A DNA stretch of 64,000 bases. Origin: Calcarisporiella thermophila CBS 279.70. Lineage: Eukaryota > Fungi > Calcarisporiellomycota. Below the pieces are notes generated by a model. The model worked only from the letters and a program-made list of their open reading frames with translations, had not been told where the DNA came from and did not search any database. The position numbers were made by a program, and so were the translations under genes. Below, in pieces: positions 51,760 through 64,000 of the stretch (positions are counted from its first letter, which is position 1; each line of letters begins with the position of its first letter). Where the stretch lies: contig NW_027192210.1 in NCBI RefSeq assembly GCF_041956535.1, positions 190,868 to 254,867 on the forward strand, given 5' to 3'.

Positions 51760-54307
51760 TTAATCTCCGGGCTGATATAACTTCACAACTGCATCCGAGC
51801 CGGCTGATGCTAGCCAAGGTCTTGTTGGATGATAATGCAAGCTCATTACGCCCTCATCGCCCTTGCGACGATGTGACGTGAACTCCTGCACACATGTATA
51901 CGTTGCCAAATCCCAAAACCGTATCGATGCATCATGCCCACCCGATACAAATACCGAACCAGCTGGCTCAATATCCAACGAGGTAACTGAGTCGAGATGA
52001 GCGGGCATCGAATGGGTGCAAGAACCAGTGTTCACGTCAAAGAAGCGGATATATTTGTCTTCATGTCCAGAGAGTACGAGTGGCATAGTATGGTGACTCA
52101 CAATGCGGTTGATTTGAGTGGCGGGGGTTCCATCTAGGAAACGAAAAGGAATGAAAAATAAGGACCCTTCTTTGACTAGCCGCCATTGCTCAATGCTGTA
52201 CTTACCATAGGTTGAAGCACTTTCAAAGGTGCTCACGCATTGCGATGTCTCCAGATCGAACATCTTAATCACAGAGTTACTGTATGCAACTAGTATTTTC
52301 TTCAAATCGGTGTGACAAAATTCAATCGAAGTTGGCACAGGGGAGTTTGTGTCCTGTGCATAGAGAATCGAACTACGCAGCGGAGACTTTTCTGCATTCG
52401 TATCCCACAGCTTAACCGTGCCGTCTGCAGAGGCGGACGCGATCAAGTATGGTCTGCCTTCAACATGAATAGGGAAGGCTCGGATATCCCAGATAGCATC
52501 CGTGTGTCCAACGTAAGTTGTTATCTGAAGACTGGGATCTAGATTATAGGTGAGATATGTGCTCCTTCTTGCTCATATGTTATATTAATACTAACCATAA
52601 GATGTATAGGCACCTCGATCCATTGAGGGAAGACGCCACACTCGGATAGTGGAATCCACACTACCAGAGTAACAGCGACCCTGATTACCCGAAATAATAA
52701 CCGAAGTCACCATGCCTGTATGGCCGCGGAAAGTTATTGCAGGCTCCAAGTCTTGAGAGGCAGATCTAGTAACAAGACAGGTGAGTTCATGATTTCTCAT
52801 TTTGTGTCTACTTATTACAAAGTTACACGAACCTCTTATTTCCTGAGGTGGCATATCTCCGTAAATTCCAGATCTTCACCGTGCTGTCATCCGAGGCAGA
52901 GGCAAGTATAGGCTCTGAAGGGTGAAAAGACACGGAGCGCACTACATCCAGGTGGTTTCGCAACACAAGCTTACTTCGCCAGACTTTCGTGTCAACAATA
53001 TCTTTCTCAACACTAGGTTTTGCAGGTTGGCCTTCTGCTTCCTCAGCAGTTATTGTAAGATTTGCCAGCTCGTCGACCTGTAGTTTAGGGCGAGCTAAAG
53101 TAAAAACTGGTTATCGCAATCGTCATTCTTCCTAAATTTAATTTTCTATAACGCATACCTTCGGTATTTTCACTTCTAGCCATAATTTTACGAATGCTTT
53201 CTGGAGAGAGCTGAAAATTACTTTGAACATCTTGAATCTAGGTTGACATATATTTAAGGACGAGTAGTTTTTAGAATTCTGTCAAAACAAAATATCTCAC
53301 CAGCTGCTCTTCACTAACTCCCTCTTCTTCATCTTCTTCGGCCCCTTTCATGCTACCAGTGTCGACTGTTCCCTTCTCAGCTTGTGCCAATTTTGTGCCC
53401 TCATCAATAGATGGAGAAGGTTTTCCAGTAATAGCTGAGGGTGACAGATCTGTAGCGGACATGATTCCACCGGCGCCAGGCTGGTTTTGGCCAAGATGTG
53501 TCTCGCTTAAGTGTACCGCATCAACTGTATGTGGTGAAAGGAAAACATCGGAGACAGCCGGTTCTCGCGAATGTCCAGCGGTGCCCATCCAAATGCCACC
53601 GGTTCTCCAATTCTTAAGCGAGTTGGTAGTGTCGAGAGCCGCGTTAGATAAGTGTGTAATTTCATTGAGGCACCTTAAAAAAAAAATAGGGTGAAGTTTA
53701 ATGAACTGCCGCATATATTGCGATATTCTAGGGAAGCAAACATTTTTAGGTATTCTCTACTCTTTGAAAGCTCCTTTGCCTCTGCAAGCGCCTTACTAGC
53801 GAGCGCTGATAGATCCTCAGAGGCATTTTGTGTTGTTGATGTATCTATTTTAAACAAAGAGGACTCAATTCCTTCAGAATACTCAAAATTAATGGTGTAT
53901 GAACCAACCAACCTGCAGCACGATTTGGATCGCTCATTATTACTGTCGTCTCATCTGCACTGCTTGAAGTGCCTGAGGAAACGTATTTTTTCCTATTGAA
54001 TATATATAGAATAATCCATTTTCTTTTTTTTTTCACAGTTTAACCAAGAAATAGTGTACCTCTCCTGCATAAGAGCTACTTCCAACATCTTTATCCGTCT
54101 CATTAGCGCATTTTTTAGATTCTCCATGCCGCGCCTTTCACCCTCTAACGCTGCGATCCGGGCCTTCATCTCCGTACGCTCCAATTCCCACTCATGCCGT
54201 TCGCGTTCAAAACGTCGCCACTCGGACTGTAGGAAATGAAGTACAGAGGGGAGGGTATGTTCTGATGGCTCGGGATCAGTAGGCGGTCTAACGATGGTTG
54301 TATTCAT
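51760..54307 (-). CDS. Striatin (STRIPAK scaffold; Far8/PRO11/STRN family)
   Basis: HTLPSVLHFLQSEWRRFERERHEWELERTEMKARIAALEGERRGMENLKNALMRRIKMLE, then C-terminal WD40 repeats ending HRRKGDEGV...ASAGSDAVVKLY. Confidence 0.95.
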
Positions 54308-54932
54308 ACAAATGGGCAGTGGGAGAAAGAAATATGGAGAGAGGATTTGCGCTTAATGCAATATGTATTGAATCGTAATTATAAGCTATTAATAAAATGA
54401 AGGAAAAAAAACGGGAAAAACAATTGCTTGCGTGTTATTGAGTTACCCAATTTTCCTCTCCAATTTTCTTGCCAAAACCAAATAAGATCTCCAATCCCTT
54501 CTACTGACTATACATAAAATTCATAAAATCCCAATAAAACTAGTAAAAATGGGGTAATTCAAAAAGAAAGACGAAAGCAAAGGCATTAGAGCTATATAAA
54601 TATGATTGGACTTGCTCCTAAGTAGAGTCGTGACCCGTTTGAGACGGTTTTGTGAGGAGCTGGTTTATTGATAATTTATCATATTCTTGAAAAGATATCA
54701 AGAGCCTCTAACCGAAGTTTTTTTTTTATTTTTTTTTTCTTTGATAATATATAAACCCCTTCAATGCACAAGAGTCATCATACATCAAAGCATAAACAAA
54801 GAAAAGAGACAAATAGTGAAAAGCAGGTAAATATAACAGAGAAATTAAAAAAAAAAATGAATAAAAAAGATATTTGGCAAAGAGAAAAAAGTTATTATTG
54901 AAATGGACAACTCACAATAATATATTAGGTAC

Positions 54933-56827
54933 CTAATTTTGATCCTCCAATTTGAAGAGAGTTCTAAGTGTTAGTGTTATATCTGAGAGAGATGTGGGCG
55001 TATGCTTGGAATGGTGAGTCGGCTCAGAGGTATTGGGCTTCTGGGGAGAGAATGCCGACGTTGATTTGAGAGCATGAGGTCCGTGGTGCGAGTGATGTTT
55101 AGACCCAAGCAGGCTCAGAAGCTCGCGAGATTTACGTTGAAGGGCAATGTTTTCGGCCTTTATTACGGCCACTCGTTAATATTATACTCTAAAAGCTGTT
55201 GCAGTGGGATGATACTTACATGTGGTTCAGACTTGTCTTTGGCTTCATCAACTTCCATACGAAACATCTCTCCTTCTAATATGGTAGAGGGGGTGGATTG
55301 GTTAACCGCAACAGATGGCATGGAAATAGTACGCGAGCGCAAGGAGATTGGAGTTTCAGATAAAAATGTGACAGGCAGACCGCTAGCCGAGCGAGGCATG
55401 CGAGTGGGGGAATCTAGTGGAGGAGGAGCGGAAGAGAGAGGTTCTCCGGATGGACAAAGTGACATTTCCAGCGCTGAAATCGCTTGGCTCCATGAATGGC
55501 CACCAAAAACGGGGGCAGGAAGGGCGCTTGGGGCAGGAGAGTTGTGGAAGGTAGGACCAGCATACAGTTTAGAAGGTGAAGTTCCCTCAGCGAAAGGTGA
55601 TGTATTGCCTCCAGAGCTGCTGCCAAGTTCAACCAACGTGTTGGAGCGGCGTCGGCCTGAGCGAGCAGAATGGGAGGGGGTGTTATTTGTACTGGGTATT
55701 TCAGGCAGCGTATCCAGTGCAAAACTTGTTAATTTACGGCTGGATTTTTCTCCAGGGGGATTCTCAGGGGCAGAAGCGGGAGAAGGCGTGGGCGTTTGTT
55801 TGGTCTTGCTGACTTTCTTAAGGCTCGAAGTGGAAGTTGGGGTAGAGGAGGAAGTACCAGAAGCGAAGGGATTGGGGGGCATTGAAAAGCGTTTATGTGT
55901 ATCACGCTTGAGATTAGCCGTTTTATTCTTGGATGGTTTCGTTGGAGAAGCGGAGGCCAATTTTTCGCTACGTTCTTCATAGCAGGGATCCTCGTCAGTG
56001 TCGTGATCGGCAAGGGCAGGGAGCTGCTTCGTTGGGCTACTGCTGAGTTCTTTCTCGCCCTCTTTCTCGAGCTCCTCATCATTTCTGTGAGACTGAGAGC
56101 GCCTGGACTTCGATTTAGTAGATGCAGGTTCCCGTGCACGGGGCTGTTCAGGGGATATTTGGTGGTTCTTTTTCTTTCTCTCATGTTTACTATTAGTGTT
56201 GTTTTTTTCCTTCTTAGCTCTAGCTTCACCATTTTCACCCTCGCCTCCGCTCAAAACTTTTCCTTCAAGTATATCCTTAGCTGGATTCGGTGCAGAGCAC
56301 TCCTTCGCCAGCAAGTTGAGTATTGGCGCACTCTGAGGGCGTTTCATGATGGTTACCGAACCCGGTTCGAGGGGTGGTGCAGCTTTTTGCCGATTTTCGC
56401 CAGAGGAATTAAGTTTCGTTGTGACCGCAGTCGCCGCCGCTGATCGACATTTTTTCCCTTTTTTGCTGCCCTTATCCGCGATTGCTGCTTTTTTCCTTGC
56501 TGAGCAGGGATTGACCGCCGGAGGTAATACCAAAATTCCAGGCACGTGTTTTTCATTCCCAGTGCCGACTAAATCGATAGAGAAGGGATCTTCGAGCTCG
56601 TTGCGTTCTGGTGGTGGGGACGAAGGAGCAGTAGGGTGTTGTCGTGACTGTCGTTTACCCTTCGTATGAGATTTATTCATCTTGCGCGTGGGTGATGAGG
56701 AGGATATAATCGCAGGATTTAACTTAGGAGATCGATTTGCACCTTTCCCCAGTTGTTGTTGCTGTTGCAATGAAAACTTAGCGACCGCACTATTGGAAAA
56801 AGAATTTTTCGAAGTAATAGAAGTCAT
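54933..56827 (-). CDS. Edc1/PNRC-like mRNA decapping coactivator (disordered protein)
   Basis: YAGPTFHNSPAPSALPAP at 55511-55564. Intron 55158-55219 joins a terminal exon AENIALQRKSRELLSLLG. Start ATG 56827 is assumed. Confidence 0.75.
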
Positions 56828-57576
56828 CGTTAATTGATCAGGATTTTCTATCGGATTTCGGTGAGGTTGGATGGTGCAGTAATGTAATCGAAGAGGATGC
56901 CGGAGACATTCGCCGTCGAATGGACATAAAGGAAACTTAAAATAACGGTGTGGGAGTGGGCTTGAAACTGGAAAGCACACAAACGAAGTGAACAGGAATA
57001 GAAAGAAGGGAAGAGAGAGGAGCTAGGGTCGGATGTATATGATAAAGTGATATACTTGTTCCGCTTTGATTAAATTTTCAGCAGGAGAGTTCGAAAGATT
57101 TAAAATAGTAAACAGTATTTTCCGGAGAACAGTAAAAAGAGAAATGTAAGTCACTATCGTTGATGCAAGAAAAGGAGAAAAATTTAACAATAAGTAAATG
57201 TGAAAGTGTACTATGAACAGATATAACCTGTGTTGTGTTGGACAGAGAAAGAAAAGAAAAGATGCGAGATTGGGGTTCGTCATTAATTCTAAGCCACAAC
57301 AGTATAGGGGAGAAAGGGATCGATGACCACGGGGATTCCAAAGCCACAGGTGGATAATAGAATTGACGCCAGAGTGTTTCGAAACTACACGTTGTTTTTT
57401 CACTGAAACGAGAACATAATAGGTGAAAAGAGGGGGAAGCTTAAAGTCCCCTTTTTTTTTCTTTCATCTGTCATTCTTTCAATTTTGCATTTAGAGAATT
57501 GCGTGGAGGGAAACTCTTCCCTCAATCTCAGAACTTTTTCCATCAATATTCCCAATAAATTTAGAAAATTCTAAGT

Positions 57577-60500
57577 ATGGAACAGTCTTCATCAGCCTTT
57601 GTAGAATGGGTTAGTTTTTAAGAGTTAATATTAGTAATTGCTACAATTAAAATTTATAACACGCTCTTGGTCTTCAATAGATCAACACGTTTGCAGATAG
57701 CATCTCACACTCCATCCATCACATCTCTGAACTTTCCGATGGAATTGTATTGTTCGAAGTCTTAGCTGATATGTAATTATTATTCCATCTGCCAATTTCA
57801 TTGTGAATACACTGATGTTAAGTTTTAAACAGCGATCCTAAATGGTTTAAAGCCATTCGCCAAGCTGATATCGGAGACAATTGGGTACTCAAATTTAACA
57901 ATCTCAAGAAGCTGCACAAACTGGTTACGCGTTTTTTCGAAGAGGTTTTGGGCCAGTCAACTCAAGCGCTTGAACCCCCAAATCTTAATTTAATAGCCAA
58001 GGAAGCCGATGCAGGCGAATTGCTGAAATTATGCCAACTTGTGATTGCACTAGCTGTTCAGAGTGAAAATAATCAGATATATATCGAACGGATTCAGGGA
58101 TTAAGCCAGCGTGCGCAGCACACACTGATGTTATCAATTGAACAGGTTATTACACTATATTGATCCGTCAGAGAAAGTCAACCCATTGTTGATTTCTAAG
58201 CTTTGATGTAGGTGATGAAAAATCTTGGAAACTCTGAATTTGGCTCTGAGCCAGCAACTCCCCAGCGAGAACAATCAAATTCCTACGAGTAAGCCATATT
58301 TCTTTCCAAATAGCTGTTCAACGCCTCGTGATATAACTTATGTCCAATTTAGTAGCGGGCGGTTTTATTCACCTCAATCTGACTATAATCGTCTATTAAA
58401 AGAGAAAGAGGACTTGGAGAAAGCATACAAACAACTAATCGAGGAAAATGGCCAGCTGCAATATAAATATGAGGAGATGACATCAGAGAAGGATGAGTTA
58501 AAGGTGCGTCTAAGGGAAATGGAGCAAAGTGTGGCGCAAGCACGCGAAACAGGTCGGCACGATTTTATTATGAAAACCGAAATCGATCATCTGAAGCAGG
58601 ACCTGTAAATAAGATTCTAATTTTTATAGTTACCATGATTATTAAAATAAGCTACTATTATTTTCTAGAGAGAGAAGCGAAGAAAAACGACAAGAGGCTG
58701 AAATAATGATCGATTCGTTAAACCAGTCAAACATCGAGCTTCAGCGGAAGGTTGACGAGCTCAAGAAGGAGGCGGAAGAGGTTGTTCGTTTGAAAGACAA
58801 GCTCTATGAATATAAACACGCGGCGGATAAACTTCAGAAGCAGGAAAACACAATAGAGAAGTATCGCAAGAGACTGGAGGAAGCAGCCGACCTTAGGAGA
58901 CAAATCAAAGTAACTTTTCAAAATTAAACGTATTATGACTTTAATATGGTTAGTAAATGTCATCATGTTTTCTTTTGGTTTTACAGACATTAGAGGACCA
59001 AAACCATAACCTTGTGGAGCGCAATCAGCAAGTCGAAGACGAATATCGCAAAGTCCTTGCATTCAAGTCTCTCATGGACTCATATAAAGAACAAGTTGCA
59101 ACGTTAGAGGGGAAAAATTCCGAGTTAACGCGCCAGAAGAACGAAATTGAGTTTGAACTGAAACGAGTCACATCCCGTCTCGAAGTAATACATGAAGAAC
59201 AAGCACATGACCAAGAGACAATACAGCTTCTAGAAGAGAGATTGAAGGAATACGAGCTTGGAGGAGGACTGTCACTTGCATTAGGAGGAGCTGCCAGCGA
59301 GGGAAGAGAAGGGGCTGGTGGGGAGGTTGTAGGGACTGCTCTCGGAGATGACTTGGAGGGAACTACCACAACTGGACTGAAGCTGAAGATTTCCAGGCTT
59401 GAACGGGAACTAAGAACGCTTAAAGAGGAAAAATCGGAGGGCGGAAGTTCTCGTGCCGTTGTTCTGGAACATTTGTTAGAAGACGCAAATCGCATGAAAG
59501 CTAAATTCGAACAGGTTGGTCATTAGCTGTTGAACCCTAAATTTACATTCAATTCTCAATATCATAATATTACTAGGACTATTTGCAAGTGCACCAAGAG
59601 AAACTTCAACTCGAGAATGAGTTGGCGCGCATTCGGAGTGGTGGAAAGCTAGAAGATAGCGAATTCTCGCTAACCCTCCGCACCCGCCTCAACGAATACG
59701 AGAAAGAAACATCAGAGCTCAAACGCAAGCTTGCTGAGACCGAGGTGCAGCTCAAGGAGACTCGTAATGAACTGACGGTGGCCCAATCGGACCTCAATCT
59801 ACTTGGTAAGGATCAGCTCGATGCAATCGCAGAAATTAAGAAGCGCAACGCAACCGAACTAGAGCGGCTACAAGAAGATCACACTGTCTTACAACAGCGC
59901 TCATCACAACTTGAAGAGCAAGTCAAGGAGCAGCTTGAACAGGTGAATCGACTGCTTCGGGAGAAGGATGAGCTACAGCGTCAAAACATCGAGACGAAGG
60001 ATCAGCTGCTAGAAAAAGAAAAACTCAACAGCGATATGAAGGCAACCCTCGCTGCCTTGCAATCGAACGACAATGAGACAATGAAAGCGCTCAATGCACA
60101 GCTGCAGCAGGAGGTCGTAACGCTACGGGAACAGACCCAGCAAATGCAAATCAAAATGCAGAAAGCCAAGGAATTCATTAAACAACAAGATAAACTATTC
60201 CGAGAAACGAAAATGGGAGCTCCCAAGGTGAGTTATATACACATCTATTTTTGGTTATGCAAACCAATTCATGCCGACCATTTTTAACTAGGAAAACTTC
60301 GACGAGGCAATCCAATCACTCAACGCGGAGATCAAGCTTCGTGAAGATGAAATTACTAGACTCAGGGTAGGATACTCTCATACAAAATTAGAAAAGTACA
60401 TGCTTTATTATTTTTATTTACACCTCATAGAAACAACTTCACGAAAAAGATGTGCTTACTCGTCGCGAACAACAGCTTATTCTCTCTGCATGGTACGATA

Positions 60501-60616
60501 TTGGGCGTAGGCTGCAGCGCGACAGCTTGCCGGCTGCTCAACGAGCGCCATCTACACCCGTTTCATGGCTCGGGCAGCAGAGACGAAATTTAGATGCACA
60601 ATTAAAGAGACGATGA
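57577..60616 (+). CDS. HOOK family dynein adaptor (CH-like Hook domain plus coiled coil)
   Basis: AFVEW|INTF...ELSDGIVLFEVLADI|DPKWF...DNWVLKFNNLKKL, a long coiled coil, and C-terminus REQQLILSAWYDIG...SWLGQQR. Confidence 0.92.
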
Positions 60617-60884
60617 TTTTGGGGAACTAGTTTTTTTTCTGAGTATAATTTTTTTTTTTGATTTAATTTTCACTACTACAATTTTAATTGTTTAAATAAA
60701 CGATAGCACATTAAATCTGCTCTTTTTTTTTTGTCTATATTACTGTCTTTAGCAAAATGAAGATTTAATAAGAACGATAACAGATGATATAAGATATATA
60801 GAACATATATATTTTGAAGCCCATCAAATATATATAAAAAATAGAGATGGGAACACATAGTTTTCCCTTTATAACCTTGAACAG

Positions 60885-63271
60885 TTAATTGGGTACCCTC
60901 ATATAGAACAACAAATATGCCAGTCTTTCAAGCGCCGGTGTTCCCTCATCATCCCTGGATACCACTTCATCCTCGGAGGCTGGAGTAATGACTGTGTCAT
61001 CAAAATGCAGCCACTCTCCATTTTGACGTAACACATCACACGTATAATGGCCACCTGTTGCTGATTTACCATGGTGATAGACAACCCCGAAGAGTTTGTA
61101 TTCTGTGGGCTGAGGAGTGCGTCGAGCAGGGGATATCATTTCTAAAATTAAGCAAACTTCAGCATTCATGATCATATCATTGCTTTAAAACAAAACTACC
61201 CACCAGGCTTAATCGTCAATCGTGTAGAGTATTTGATTTGCTTGTGCAACTTCTGAGTCCCTCCTGCAATACTGTCATATACAAACCGCTTTAAGTGTAT
61301 GATTAGCACAGGTGGTAGGGTTTCTAAGTAAAGTTGTGCCGTCGCATCGATTCTCCCTTCACTTGTTGTGTATTCTACAGACTCTGGAGTTGTCATCTCG
61401 TGCAGGGCATCTTCGATCGTGCAAACAGTATCGGATTGTATATCTAATTTCAAAGATTGGAACGGCTCTACTTTAACTGAATCTTTTTTGCCAGGACATT
61501 TAAGTATGGATCGGAGGCGACCCACAAAGATACGGGATATCGGAGTCTCTGCAAACTCTGTAGAACGCATTGTAACGGTCCTGTTTTTCCGGCCAACTTC
61601 GTTCCATTCGTTGTCCTGGGAGAGAATAGCCGTTGCTGCAGATGTGAGTTCGGGTTCCAATAACGCTTGGCACTGATAACTCTCATCGCCAATTTTGTAA
61701 GTTTCAGTGCGGTACAGAGGCGATTTTGTAACTACTTGTGAAAAAAAAAAATGTAAAAAGCCAGTCGAAAGAGATTATCGAATCGAATAAATAACCTGTC
61801 AGAAGTTCCTCGTGTAAGCCATCCAATAAATATAGTAAAAATTCTTCTGCATCCTCCTGACGCCCCTTAATAGAATCGAATCGTTTCAAACCCCTTAGAG
61901 TATCGTAGATGTATTCTGGCACAAATGGCGCTCCGTATTCTTCATCTGGCAACGGCAAACATTATACTTTGTAAATCAGTTGCTCTCAAACAAACCAAAA
62001 TATGTCAAGACCATACTCATAGTACTTGGATCGGACTCTCCAATTGCTTGAAATTCATTTAAAAACATGATCCTAAATGTTGCGAAAATGAGCAATTAGG
62101 TATTATCCATAGAGAGCTAAACACTTACATAGAATCCAAGAGAGGGGTTCTGCTTTTAAAGCTATGCACTACATGTGTACTAATTGCGCTTATTAGGTTG
62201 TAAAAAGGAGCACAATGTGAAAGAGGTTGGAGGACCTATTATTCACAGTTGTAAATAGGTGATTCTTTGTATAGATGTTATTATAGAATTTACAGCATTC
62301 ATGAAGCAAGTGTTGCCGTTATTGATTAAGCCGCGGGGCTGCAATAATCGGGAGTTAAAAGTGGTCTCGTATCGCTTGATTACATCTGGAATAAAAAAAG
62401 TATGAGGGCATCAGTAGAATGCACTAGTGTTGTCCTATATATGTGGTATATTCACCTCCAATTCCAGTGAATTTAACATTCCCGTTAACATTTATTGGGA
62501 GTTTGTTCTGAGGCGGAGAAGATTTCGAACTGGGTATTGATTTGGTGTTCGGCGTATTGGTCTTAGCTATATCTGCCCAGGATTTCTTTACTGGCATTGC
62601 TATTGTCGGTGCTATTGCTGTTGTTGCTGTTGTTGTGACGGAGGTGGTTGTGGCGTTTATGGTTGTCGTAGTAGGTGTGGCAGTTGCCACGTCTGTTCTA
62701 GACTTATCGGTTGTATCAATTGGAATAATGCCATTCGGTTTGGTTGCGTCAGACATAGAAGTGGTATTAGGGCGTATAGATAATATGGGGGAGGATAACG
62801 GATTGGACTCGGTGGAATTCTGTTGTGAAGTTGTTGATGTTTGTGTAGTATGTGGAGTAGAACAAGGTGAGTGGATCAGCGACTTCGATGCTTGCCCATT
62901 CAGGTACTTTGATGTTTTAACCTTATCTATAAAAAACATGCCAATATGTTAAGAATACAAATCAAGAGTGCACACCTGAAAGAGGGTTACTTTTTCTTGA
63001 TGATTTCGCTGTGGAATACGCTTTACTCTAAAGAGAATACCATGCATTAGAATTCATGGGGGGAAACTTATTCTAAAAAAATTGTACCGGAATAACGAAT
63101 TCTACCGATCCTCCCCCCGCCATGACCCTTTTGCGCTCCTCTTGACTCAACGATCCAAATTGTTTCCCCGGTACCACTTGGTACTAAAGGTCGTTTCGCC
63201 AAGATTACGATACCAGTTAAACAATTCCAATGATCCATATCACTTACCTCTCTTCTTGTCGAGAGCTGCAT
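60885..63271 (-). CDS. UBP3: Ubiquitin-specific protease Ubp3/USP10
   Basis: Cys box [15 protein letters not shown]|[15 protein letters not shown], His box [14 protein letters not shown], and KKSWADIAK. Small 5' exons splice in frame from ATG 63271. Confidence 0.92.
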
Positions 63272-63824
63272 CGCTGTATATTATATAAAATTTTAAAATA
63301 ATGGAAAAAATAAAAACGAGAAATAAAAGAATAAAATAGAGAAAACAAAAACTATAATATATACACTCAAGTATCAGATTAAAGTGGAGCAGAAATAGAC
63401 ATTCAATTGTAGAATCAAGGAATGAAGCGAGATCTACAATAGATCGTAAAAGCTACCCCTCTTACACGTATTGGAGTTGCACGTATCCAGATAGAATATG
63501 GAATAAAAGCTCGGTCGTATTCTTAATGGCAAAGACAGTTAGACGATTAGAAAACGGAAAGCGGGGAAAATAATCGCGCCGAACATAAGAGAATAAACAA
63601 TTCTGAAGTTATTATGACATTTTGTGACGACTAGAGCTGCGCCTTGCCAAACAATTTGCTGATACTCCTATACTCTTTAGCATTACAGAAGCCAAAATGG
63701 TACCAAGAATTCATTTATTAAAACTAAGGAGAAATATATTTGACATCCATTCATCAGGTTTTCTTTCACCTTACTCCCAGTAAAGCAAAATCCCTTGTTT
63801 TTAATAACAAATTTTCGAGCAAAT

Positions 63825-64000
63825 TTATGCGTCCCAGCTGGATTCTTGGCCGGCGGCAGCAAAGGTCGATTCAGCCCAGTCCTGAGCGCTTGGAAGGGCC
63901 ATATCGGCGGAAACGCCAGGGGCAATGCCCTCAGCGGACCATTCGGCAGTCTCCTCGGCGCCCCAGGCACCCTCAGCAGCTCCATGAGCCTCAGCCTTGG
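63825..64000 (-). CDS. RPS0: 40S ribosomal protein uS2 (RPS0/RPSA), C-terminal tail only
   Basis: Frame not in the ORF track: KAEAHGAAEGAWGAEETAEWSAE...AQDWAESTF...SSWDA*. An acidic Ala-rich tail with spaced (E/D)W motifs is typical of RPSA. Confidence 0.7.
   Translation of the reverse strand, partial: KAEAHGAAEGAWGAEETAEWSAEGIAPGVSADMALPSAQDWAESTFAAAGQESSWDA

Noticed and set aside
63683-63985. 100-aa minus-strand ORF MELLRVPGAP...
   Set aside because: Wrong frame. The overlapping frame ending at 63825 encodes the RPS0-type acidic tail with biased codons.

Overview
Gene-dense, intron-rich fungal genomic DNA with short GT-AG introns. The gene repertoire suggests an early-diverging filamentous fungus, probably Mucoromycota-like (inference). 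It holds about 28 protein-coding genes, mostly housekeeping: NAC-alpha (partial), a PHD/acidic transcription regulator, RACK1, NAA10, NAT9, GPAT, Zds1-like, HSE1, a G1-type cyclin, TIM17, PIG-X, UBC8, VCX1, ADAM, PMT2-type, a GDSL esterase, a gp78/HRD1-type RING ligase, an SDR, SERCA, striatin, Edc1/PNRC-like, HOOK, USP10/UBP3 and RPS0 (partial). The standout is an accessory segment at about 0.8-5 kb. It carries an intronless secreted precursor of three conserved 49-aa Asn-rich, single-Cys units bounded by Kex2-type KR/RR sites, with His-rich tails. This gene is divergent from a tail-anchored FAD monooxygenase, with apparent decayed gene relics between them. It is a candidate new peptide system (KEP/RiPP or functional-amyloid surface peptides). 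Two RNAs also stand out: a U24 box C/D snoRNA in a RACK1 intron whose second guide has diverged, and an unassigned structured RNA candidate with a B-box-like motif and T6 run at about 40.2-40.5 kb. Several micro-exons (6, 10 and 15 nt) are present. Exon boundaries were derived by eye; no database searches were run.
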